DNA from: Piromyces finnis finn
Taxonomy: Eukaryota; Fungi; Neocallimastigomycota
Reading direction: 5' to 3'
DNA length: 64,000 nucleotides
NCBI GenBank assembly: GCA_002104945.1
Contig: MCFH01000003.1
Coordinates: 124,001-188,000, forward strand
Shown here piece after piece: positions 24,801 through 34,300 of the stretch (the stretch's first letter is position 1; the number at the start of each line of letters is the position of its first letter). Position numbers and translations under genes: made by a program. The notes under the pieces are model-generated. The model was not told where the DNA came from. It ran no database searches and saw only the letters and a list, made by a program, of their open reading frames with translations.

Positions 24801-26053
24801 CTACAAGAAGGTTTGGAATCATTAGAAATAGAAGAAATAACATAAGTAGGGGCAACATTTGGAATGACAGAGCAATGTGACAAACAGAAATTTGAATTAA
24901 AAGATAATTCTTTTTCAACGAAGTTAATAATAGGGTTGTGCTGATGTAACCATTCAGCACCTAAGATACCACAATATCCCGGGAGGTCTACAATATAAAA
25001 TATAGTTTTACATTGGTGGTTTTTGTATTTAATTGAAATTGGGATGGATTTACCTAAGACTTGTTGTTCCCCACCAATACCAGAGATTTTGTCGAGAGAG
25101 ACGGATTTATCAAAAGGAATGTTGTTTTCTTCTGCAAAGACCACATCTATTAGGTTAAGTTGGGATCCTGAATCAATTAGTAGTTTAGTGTTAACGGAGA
25201 CGTCGGAAGTATTGAGTTGGAACTCAAAAACTGGTTGTTTCAAATGGGGATTATCGGAGAATCTTATTCTAGGTTTCTTTTCAGGCATAGAATTAGAAAT
25301 ATGAGTCCCAGCTGTTTTTTCATTTTTACTTCTTTTTGGACAGTTGTTTAACTTGTGATCTGGAGAACCACAATATAAACAGAGATTCTCCTTAATTCTT
25401 CTAGCCTTTTCTTCTGAGGTAAGCGGTCCGTAAGTTTTCTTATTTCTCGAAGTGAAAGGTTTTCTATTTGCTTCAGTTCTTCGGTTTTGATTGGTGCTAT
25501 TAGAGTGATTGTTGTTGAAAAATCTTCTATTAGTATCGATTCTAGAATCGATTCTTGATGCTATAACTTGTAAATTTAGTAGCGTTTGTGGACCGGGAAA
25601 CATTTCTAAAATTCTATTGGCGACTTGATCTTGTAGTCCAGCTAAGAAGGCGTCCATTTTTGCACTTTCGTTCCAAGAGGAGTCATCAGAGTATCGGTTA
25701 AATTCAAGAATATATTTTTGAATTTCTCCGATTTTCCTTTGCTTTATAGTTCGAAGCTTTTGATTAGCCATAAATGTTGAGTCGTTGTTGCCAAACACAG
25801 ATTTAAGCTTTGCAACAAATGAGTCATAATTTAATAGGCATTCGTCATGGTTGTGAATTAATGATGCAGCCCAATTCAAGGCTTCACCATATAGTCTTGA
25901 AATAATATAGACGATTTTTGCTTCGTCATCCGCGTAGCGCTCTGGGTAGACCATAAAGATTAATTCTATTTTGGCGAGAAAACCCTTAAAGAAACGACGA
26001 TTTCCAGCGAAACCATCCTTCAACGTAGCATGGTTCATCAATTCTTCATCCAT
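21818..26053 (-). CDS. Single gag-pol polyprotein (1411 aa) with chromodomain
   Basis: Zinc knuckle CLYCGSPDHKLNNC, protease LLIDSGSQ, RT YIDD, RNase H, integrase GHFG/SMDFITD/NGLTER, GPY, chromodomain EEFEVEEILD...YLIKWKGY...WEPE. Confidence 0.96.
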   Translation of the reverse strand: MDEELMNHATLKDGFAGNRRFFKGFLAKIELIFMVYPERYADDEAKIVYIISRLYGEALNWAASLIHNHDECLLNYDSFVAKLKSVFGNNDSTFMANQKLRTIKQRKIGEIQKYILEFNRYSDDSSWNESAKMDAFLAGLQDQVANRILEMFPGPQTLLNLQVIASRIDSRIDTNRRFFNNNHSNSTNQNRRTEANRKPFTSRNKKTYGPLTSEEKARRIKENLCLYCGSPDHKLNNCPKRSKNEKTAGTHISNSMPEKKPRIRFSDNPHLKQPVFEFQLNTSDVSVNTKLLIDSGSQLNLIDVVFAEENNIPFDKSVSLDKISGIGGEQQVLGKSIPISIKYKNHQCKTIFYIVDLPGYCGILGAEWLHQHNPIINFVEKELSFNSNFCLSHCSVIPNVAPTYVISSISNDSKPSCSTSTNSYIHDSVTNLPKSQDSTTNTSSNQEVILPAELQAFEDVFNEKAAEQLPPHRQYDCEIRLKPDSKLFYGPIYPLTDKESMVLKEYIDENLRRGFIRPSKSPAGAPVLFVPKKNGELRLCQDYRKLNEITIRDSYPLPLINDMLEHLGKSNIFSKLDLRSAYNLVRIKEGDEFKTAFTCKYGHFEYTVMPFGLKNAPAVFQHFINDVLEGILGIFVFSYIDDLIIFSENFKTHVIQVKEVLKRLRKAGLYAKFEKCEFFVPFIDFLGHRISSEGILMDPKKIASILEWQTPKSVKEVQAFLGLANYYRRFIAGFAEIAQPLNALLKKDVKFCFSHQCENSFSLIKSKFASSPVLAYPNRDIPFIVETDASNFAIGAILSQTNPKDKSVHPVAFFSRSLSSSERNYPIYDKELLAIVAALETWRHLLKGTTQPFKIFSDHRNLLYQKKPEKMTQRLVRWSLFLAEFNFIIVYRSGSANGKPDALSRRPDYLENFKYNNDIPNSVLRPENFCAMVLDNNPLMDKIISNSKDDKFYFEVCKYLETQIPPVPHSQIENFKIQDGVLLFNNRIYVPQDCRLEVLKICHDSPSAGHFGLKKTYSLIVRDFWWPYLSVDVKEYVRSCEICCRSKDSRHKPYGFLSPLEIAERPWSSLSMDFITDLPPSQKYTCILVVTDRLTKLCHFIPFENIPSASDTADAFMINVFRLHGLPNEILSDRGTQFTSKFWNSICKSFDINLKFSSSYHHQTNGLTERVNSVVEQYLRCYSNYKGSNWYKFLHLAEFSYNNAVQESTKTSPFFANYGYNPKHSPILPSRTEIPTADEFTRNFKEIIKTLKDNLKKSINQQEKFANKHRSKAPELKVNDKVWINSSLIMRNGNKKLKPRKLGPYKIIEKISPVSFKLELPKEIRIHPVIHVSELEPYHEDKFNRKQPPPPPVIVDNKEEFEVEEILDKRRYYGKVQYLIKWKGYPISEASWEPETNLNYPELLKEFNKKK

Positions 26054-26109
26054 ATTCTTTATTTTATTGAAAATATCTAATTTTAATTCAATTTAATCGT
26101 ATAATATAT

Positions 26110-26160
26110 CCAAGAGAGTCCAAAAGAGTCCAAAAGAGTCCAAGAGAGTCCAAAAGAGTT
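26110..26160. repeat. 10-bp tandem repeat (CCAARAGAGT x5) in the leader of element D
   Basis: CCAAGAGAGT CCAAAAGAGT CCAAAAGAGT CCAAGAGAGT CCAAAAGAGT read directly. Confidence 0.9.
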
Positions 26161-26365
26161 GTAAAACAATATACAAAGGTAGTGTCTATTGCCTAGAGAA
26201 AAAATAAAGGAGTAAACAGAAGTAGTATCTAAAGTAGCAAAACAGAAAAGTACAAAAGTCAGGTAGATACTAATATACAAGTGGATATTTAAACCAAGGG
26301 TAGACACTATAACAGGTAGGAAAAATAAACAAATTAATTAAGGTAAAGGGAATATGTTACAACTG

Positions 26366-26376
26366 GTGTTTTTATT
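26366..26376 (-). promoter_or_regulatory. Putative self-priming PBS of element D
   Basis: Element-strand AATAAAAACAC at the LTR end is complementary to GTGTTTTTATT at 26575-26565, 41 nt downstream of TATAAATA (26616-26609). Confidence 0.65.
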
Positions 26377-27061
26377 GTAACGCGTATCTATATAAGTATT
26401 TAATAATGTGGTAATTAATAAACTTTATATAGATAATAATTTTGATCCCAATAAGTCAATTAATTTTATTTATTAAAATTTTTAATTATTTTTTATTTAA
26501 ATTATTTTTTAATAATAAATATTTTTTTTTTTTTTTAAAATTTAAAAGTTAAAAGTTAATAGTTAATAAAAACACAATTTTTTTTTAATTTTCGATTCAA
26601 ACCACTTCTATTTATACTTTTTCTAAATCTGATGTGGCTAAATCAAAAATTTTAATTATCTTTCTAGATTGTTCTTTAAATTAATTAAAAATTGCATAAG
26701 ATGAATCCCGTGATAAAATTACAAAAAATATTTGATTTTTCGAATATTCGAACTTATTCTTTTTCGAATAAGTTCTATAAGTTTCTATGAGTCGTAAATT
26801 AAATTGTTAAATAAATAATCTAAAATAGATTTCGGATCAAGGTGTGAGTCGAACCCGAGTGATCCAGATTAATGTCTTAAATACTAACCATTAAGACAAT
26901 ATTAATTATCTAATAGATTCGTTACATTAATAATCTTTTTAAGAGTTTTAAATAAAATGATTTTTAAAATAAAAATTTAATGTTTTATTTTTTTATTTTT
27001 GTGTTAATAAAAATTGTTTTGTTTTAAGTATAAAATCTGTTTTAAACTTTATACTTTTACA

Positions 27062-28200
27062 GTATCCTTCAAATACAACGGAAGTATTATTAGCACACCT
27101 CAATATTATTTTTCTTTTTTTAAAATTAATAAGTAAATTTTTATTATTAGTAAGGTGTTCTCCCGCACCTGAGTCATACAACCATGATGACTTTTTGAAA
27201 TTTAATACGTTATTAACACGAAAATCCTTATAACACAAATTGAACACATTTTTTATGTAGTTTTTATATTTCTTATCTTTATATAATTTTTTGTTTAAGT
27301 TTACATTATCATTAATATTGTTATTTTTATCTCCTATGGTATTATTATCTTCAAAAAACATAGTTTTTATATCTTGAAAATCCAAATTAGAGTTATAATA
27401 ATCGTTTGGATCTTGAACATATCCAACATAGTTGGTGGACTTTCCTTTAAACTTTTCTTTTTGAGCTGAATAATACCTTCTATTTTTATTGGAATTATCC
27501 TTGCGTGGGATTTGTTTTTTGTTTTTATTTGTTCTACCATTAAACCAACATTCATTTGTAGTGTGTCCATTTTTCTCACAAATGGCACAATATTTTTTGT
27601 TTTTATGTTGGTCCATTTTGTCCTTTGTATAATGCTTCTTACTATTTGATCCTCTATTTACAAAGTCAATTTCCATTGGATCATCCCTTCTATTATCTAC
27701 AGTCCAGTCTAACACATAGGCGCGGTTTTTGATGTCTTCCCGGATTTCTTTGTTCAATTCTTCATATTTTGTTGAGTCCTTCAGAATGTATTTTTTCATA
27801 TATTCTCCTGGGAGAGCATTATATAGATATTTTAATTTTTCCGTGTTACTTAATTTGCAGTCAGCCTTTTCCAACGTGTCAAAGATGTTGGTCATTTCTT
27901 CCAAAACGTTGGTTATTTCCTTTTCATTACTGGTTTTTAATGAGTCCGATTTCATCATCCAATAGGTGATGTCATTTTCTCCTCCTCCATAATTTCTTTG
28001 AATTTTCTTGAGCATTAAAAACGCGGATTCCATGCCTACCACCTCAGAATGAATTTTCCTAGAGATAGAGTGAATGATAATAGATTTGGCTGTTCCATTT
28101 TGAGCCAATTTTTCATCTTCACCCTCTTGTAGGTTCTTGGTATCAATATCTTTGATACCATCTGTATAAAGATAATTTATAATTTTTTCTTTGTTTAATA
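27062..28200 (-). pseudogene. copia-1 gag and protease N-part
   Basis: Gag-like KLKYLYNALPGEY, knuckle CAICEKNGHTTNEC, protease WLYDSGAGEH; no clear start codon. Confidence 0.85.
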
Positions 28201-28246
28201 TTATAATTACTAAAATATTCTCTCAAGATTTGGTTTTAGCTAGATT

Positions 28247-28496
28247 TGAGACTCTTAATCTATTAACTAGCTAGTTTTACGGTACTCGAGAGTTATTACA
28301 CAAATGTATATGTTTATTTATATATTTTTATTATAAAGTCTTTTCTTTTTTTAAATAAAAATTTTCATTACATTTATATCATACATATAACAAATACATT
28401 ACGTTATTATGCTACATTATCCTATTACATTATTTCAAATACATATTATTACATTATAAATTATAATGTATTACATGATTTTGTATTATGTTAACA
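28247..28496 (-). mobile_element. copia-1 PBS (28247-28260) and 5' LTR (28261-28496)
   Basis: Element strand TGTTAACA...GTTAATA then GATTAAGAGTCTCA, complementary to a tRNA-Lys(CUU) anticodon arm. Confidence 0.85.

Positions 28497-28575
<79 letters not shown>
28497..28575. repeat. (TAT)n microsatellite at the edge of the retrotransposon island
   Basis: Uninterrupted trinucleotide run directly abutting the copia-1 LTR. Confidence 0.95.
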
Positions 28576-28576
<1 letters not shown>

Positions 28577-31388
28577 TCTAATTGTTATTGTTATTATTAT
28601 AATTTTCTCTTTCAACCTACTCTAATTTATTTTCAGCAATCAATAAACTCATCCACTTGATTAAATACATTTTTAATAAATCTCAAGTTTAGGGTTACTA
28701 TAAAATAAGTTAAACAGTTTAATATCATGTATTATAATATTTAAAAATTTATGTCACAAGTATATAAAATGTAAATTATTATATAACTCTTAGTTATAAA
28801 TTGTAATAATTAAGTTATAAATCTTAAATTATGAACATTTTAATATTAATTTGAAATAAACCTACATCCTTTTATTATAAAATACGGAAAATAATATTAT
28901 TATAAAGTGTATAAAACAATAATTTTATAAATATAGAGAAAATAGTAAAAACGAAAGAATAATCGTTTCTAAATATAGTCACTAATACTTTTAATATAAT
29001 ATGTTCCAAAAGTAGTAAAACATAATAAAAATATATTATTCAACTTTATAAATTTAAAACATATTGGTTATAATTTTAGAAATAATAGAAATAGTAAAAA
29101 AATATCACATTTAAATAAAAGGTTTAATAGTTTATTAAAAATATAAAAAGGAATAAATAAAATATTTCAAAAACAAGTGTATCGACCCTCTTAATAATAA
29201 AATAAAAATCTTGATATATTTTCTAACCCTAGCTAACTTTTAACAAAATTAATTTTTATTGGTATGAGTTTTAATAATATTTTCATTAGATACATTAACT
29301 TTTTAATAATATTTTCAAGCTATATTATTTTTTATTATGTATGTGTAAAATGTGAATTGACATTCATTTTTATTACCAACTTTACAATAATTGGAGAATT
29401 AAGTAAAGATACTTTTAACGATGTTAAAAATATTTTTTAAACCATCTTTTTTATTCATTTAAATATTTATATTAATAAAAATTAAAAAGTATTTTAAAGT
29501 TACACACCAACTTTAATAAATTTAATTTATTTTAATTATTAATTTATTTTGTCATACCTTAATTTAATTATAATAACACTATAAAAATGAATTAATATAT
29601 TTTAATATATAATAATATATTAAGAAATACATTTTTTATATTAATTGTATATAATTCAAAACAATAAAATAAATGAATAATAATGTAATAATTATTATAA
29701 TTGTATTTAAAATATTAGAGATTAAACTTTTAAATAAATTAAAATTCTATTCGTGTAACAAATAACAAATAATAATGTTTATAATTTCCTTTTTTTTTTA
29801 TGTATTATTTACCTAATTATATTTAATTATATTTATTTACATTTATATTTATATTATATTACATAATCATACATTTATATTACATGATCAAGTACCTGTC
29901 CTACATTATTCCTTGATAATTAAAATAAGATATTAAGATGGATCAATTATTATTTATTTTTTATATTTAATTAAAATGTAATAAGTTGAAATAACGTTAA
30001 AAAGATTTATATTTTTTGTATAATAAATAGGTCCTTTTGAATTTTTTTTTTAAAAAAAAAACATTTTATAAACGATTTATTCTTTCCAATAATAGAAATG
30101 GGTAAAATATAATGCTTTTATCAAAATTTTAGTCATTTTAACTTTTTTTTTTTCTTTTTTTCTCTTTTATTTAAAATATAATAATTAAAGTTTAATGATA
30201 TAAATTAAAAATTCTATTAAATAGACTTTTTATGATATTATTGGCCATTATTAATAGAAGTGCCATAAAATTATTAAATTATATCATATAATAAAAAGTT
30301 TAGAAAATAAATTAAAATTGAAAAATAAGAAATATTTTAGTTAATTAATATATGAAAGTAAAAATTAATTTATTTACTATATTAAAATTTATATTACACT
30401 AAATTTTTAACCTATCCGGACGGCATCTTTATTTGATAGCCAATGATGCTTTCCTTTTTTTGGTAATATTAAAACTATTTTTGTTTTTCTTACATATTAT
30501 AGACGGTTTATTTAATTATCATAAATATTAAAAAAAATAATATATTATAGTAAATACTTATATATATTATTTATTGAATATAATATATATTCTCAATATA
30601 TAATTTATAGTTTTCTATTTAATAATTAATTTTTTTATTTTATTAATAATTTATTATTGATAATCCTTCATTAAAAAAATATTCTTTTTTAATATTAATT
30701 TATTAAATGTTAGTTACAGAAGAATTAAATTTTATTTATTATTATTATATTACATAATAATATTAATATATTTTGTAGTACAAGTAAAATTTATTATGTT
30801 TAATATATAAACAATAATAACTTTAAAATAAAAACCCATCCTCATTAAAATAATAATAATAATAGAAATTATTATTTATTAGTTTATATAGCCTTTTTTT
30901 TTTTTTTCATTGTTATTAAAGGGAAATTAATCAATCTAGAATAATTTTTTATTATGTTAAACAATTCATTCTTTTTATAATATTTTTATATTATGCTTGT
31001 TTGTTGTTTTAATATTGTTTAGTTTATGATTATTTTTTTTATATATTAATTTTCGGTATAATTAAAGTATTTAGTATTTTGAAATCAAGTTTAGAATAAT
31101 TATTCTATAAACATATTCAGTTAGTATATATAAACTTATCAATATTTTTTAACATATTCAAACAAAAAGTATAAAATTATCAATATTTTAATAGAGAATA
31201 ATTTATTAAGTAATTAAAGAAATAATCAGAAAAGATATTGAATTTAAAATACAAAAAATTTTTCAAATTTATGGGAATTTTTAAAAATTATTAAATTAAA
31301 TAAAAAATAATAAATTATTGAATAATTTATTAAAGTATTTATCAACATTTTTAAAGAAAAGTAGAAATATAAGAGTTATGAAAAAATT

Positions 31389-34300
31389 ATGAAACAATAT
31401 AAAATGATAAATAAAAAAAATAATTTAATTTCTATTACACCTATAATATTTGCTATTAAAAACATTAAAGCAAATAATATTAAAAATGATTTCTTATCTG
31501 AAAAGGAAGAAATTTCAATAAACTCTATTTCAAAAAGACAGTTTCCAGGTCAAAACCAAAATTTCAATCAAAACCAGAATTTCAATCAAAACCAGAATTT
31601 TAATCAAAACCAGAATTTCAATCAAAATCAAAATCTCAATCAAAACCAGAATTTCAATCAAAATCAAAATTTCAATCAAAACCAAAACTTTAATCAAAAC
31701 CAAAATCAAAAAGATACTACCTTAAATAACTTAAATGGTGGGGGTCTTGTCGATAATTTAGATTGTAGATATATTTCTATGCTTCTTAATGATTTTGGTT
31801 TAGATTATGGTTGGAAACAAACAAATGATTGTTGTAAATATAATAGAATTACTTGTGTAGATGAAAATGGTCAAGAAACAAAAATAACTACAGAAAAGTC
31901 CATTATCACTGAAGTTTATTTCAATAATATGAAAATAAATGGTTCAATACCAAATTCAATATGTAGTATGACAAACTTAAAAGTATTGCATTTCGTTAAT
32001 AATGAAAATTTGAAAGGTCCAATACCTCCTTGTATTGGTGGATTAAATAAATTGGAAAAACTCGTTTTTTCAGGTTCACCAATAAGTGGAGAAATACCAA
32101 AAAGTATATCAGCTTTAAGTCAATTGCAATTTTTATCTATAGAAAATACAAATGTACAAAATATAATACCTAATGAAATTTCAAATTTAACAAAATTAAT
32201 AAAGCTTTACATCAATAATAATCCATATATTACTGGTCCAATACCTAAAGATTTGGATAAACTTACACAATTAGAAATGATAAGTTTTTCAGATACAAAT
32301 ATTGATGGAAATATTCCTGAAAATATTGGAAATATAAAAACTTTAAAATCTCTAAGTATACATCATACTCATATTGAAGGCAAAATCCCAGAATCAATAG
32401 GAAATTTATCTGAACTTGCAACTATTAAATTTCATGATACCATGATTTCTGGACCACTTCCAAAATCATTCAACAATTTAAAAAAATTAAAGATTCTTAC
32501 ATTAAATAATACTTCTATTGAAGGCCCTCTTCCTGATGAATTTAAATCTTATTCATTTGAAGAATGCTCTTTCGGCAATTCAAATATTTGTATTAGTAAT
32601 ATAGATGCACAAAAAGATAAAAATGTTAGTGAGTGTATAACCTCTTTACCACAATGCCCACTAGGATCAAATAATACTAATCAGAATGGAGGTGAAAGTG
32701 GTGGAATTTCTATATTAAAATATACTGGAATATTTTTTTTAGTGTTGGCTATTTTAGCTGTTATTGTATTCTTTTATAAGCGTTATAATAAAAAGGTAAC
32801 CTATCAACAGGAAAAACGAGCTATTAATTATTACAAAAATAATATTACTGAACAACCAAAGTGGTTAGGGTCTAGTAAGTTTAAAAATATTAATTATAAA
32901 TTATTTAAGTGTATGTAAATAGTATTTATATTAATTTTTCATTAAATTATAAATATATGAATATTGTATTTCATTATTAGATTTATTTCGTGATCCAATT
33001 ATTCATAATAATAACATTCATGCCTATAATATTCACGTTGACCAACAACGTCCGGATTCAGAATCATCATTTCTTAAAAAGATTTATGGGGGATTTAATT
33101 TCAAAAAGAATAATTATCAAAAATTAAATGAAAATCAATATGGTAAAATGGATAGCAGTAATATGTATTTAATTCATTCAGATAGTGTATTTCAATACAA
33201 TACAGCAGGAATGGAAGATACCAGAAATATTAAACCAATTAATGATGAAATTTCATATAAAAATAATGATGAAACATTGATTAATAATGAAAAGTCAAAA
33301 GCAAGAAATGAATATGGATATGAACCTGATATACATCACAAGAGTGTGGATTCAGAAAAAACAGAATTTGAAAATAATAATAATAGAATCTACGAAACTA
33401 TGACTATGACAAATAGCAAAATGAACTTTAGTGATAGTATACTTAAAGGGGCAAGTTCAAGTAGTAGTTCCATTCCATTACCACCAAATTCTGATAATAT
33501 GGTATTTATGGGAAGGGAAGCTCAAGAAGAGTTGATTCTTTTCCAACAAAAGAATAATATAAATGTAAATACAGATGAAGATGCAAAAAGTGTAAAAGAG
33601 CAATTGGAGGAGTTGGAACAAATGGCATCTAATAATTATGTCATCCATGGAAGTAAATCACCAAAACCGTTCAAGTCACCAAAATCTCCAAAATCCCCAA
33701 AATCTGTAAAATCTCCATCTAACTTAAAGAATGTAGTTGATTATGATTATAATAATAAAAGTGTTGATATTAATGATCAAATACAAGAACTTAAAAATTG
33801 TAGTTTCAATGGATTAGATTTGAATTCAGAGAATTTCCATAATTCGAAAACTTTTGATAAAATTGAACAAAAGTTCCTTAATAATTTAAATTCATTACGT
33901 AATACCAATTTAAATAATTCTACTGTAGTTACCGCAGAAGAATCAAATGTTGAAAACAAAGAAGAAACAGGAACATTTTTCGCTAATCTTCCAGGACTAC
34001 AAATTCAAGAATACTATAATCAACTTAAATTTAGCGTGGAAGAAAGTAATACAGGCTGGAATAAAAATAGTAGTATAGCAAAGACTAATGAAGGAGAGCA
34101 AAAACAATTTGATAAAATTATTCCAAGTGGTATTTTCACTACTAATAAGACTAGCTGGGATGATGAAGATAGTGAAAGCTTTTTTTCGAATGAATCTTCT
34201 GTAAGAAATACCAAGAAAATAGATGATTTTAGCAATAGTATTAATTCATCTGCTCTAAATAAGGAAATAAAAAGTAAATTAGGTACAGAATCTATGATGA

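Larger units (their letters stand above)
20964..26926 (-). mobile_element. Intact full-length chromodomain Ty3/gypsy retrotransposon (element D)
   Basis: LTRs 20964-21513 and 26376-26926 (TGTAACG...CGTTACA) differ by one substitution and one T in a homopolymer by eye; TSD TTAAT; PPT GGAGGAAGA at 21517-21525. Confidence 0.96.
20305..27061 (+). mobile_element. Solo LTR, family C (copy 3: 20305-20963 plus 26932-27061), inserted in the copia-1 protease region and itself split by gypsy D
   Basis: TGTAAAG...TTTTACA, TSD GTATC (20300-20304 and 27062-27066); removal rejoins copia VVFEG-YGEFHFY in frame. Confidence 0.9.
15537..28496 (-). mobile_element. Full-extent degenerate Ty1/copia element (copia-1) hosting nested insertions
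   Basis: Paired 236-bp LTRs (28261-28496; 15537-15543 plus 16297-16523), about 97% alike by eye; TSD ATTAT (15532-15536 and 28497-28501); PBS, PPT and gag-PR-IN-RT-RH order. Confidence 0.88.

Noticed and set aside
3961-25304. Small antisense ORFs overlapping retroelement genes
   Set aside because: They are shadows of long sense ORFs with no independent motifs.
28692-29229. Possible MITE with GGGTTA...TAACCC ends flanked by TA
   Set aside because: The inverted match is only 6-8 bp and does not extend, and no second copy is present in the window.
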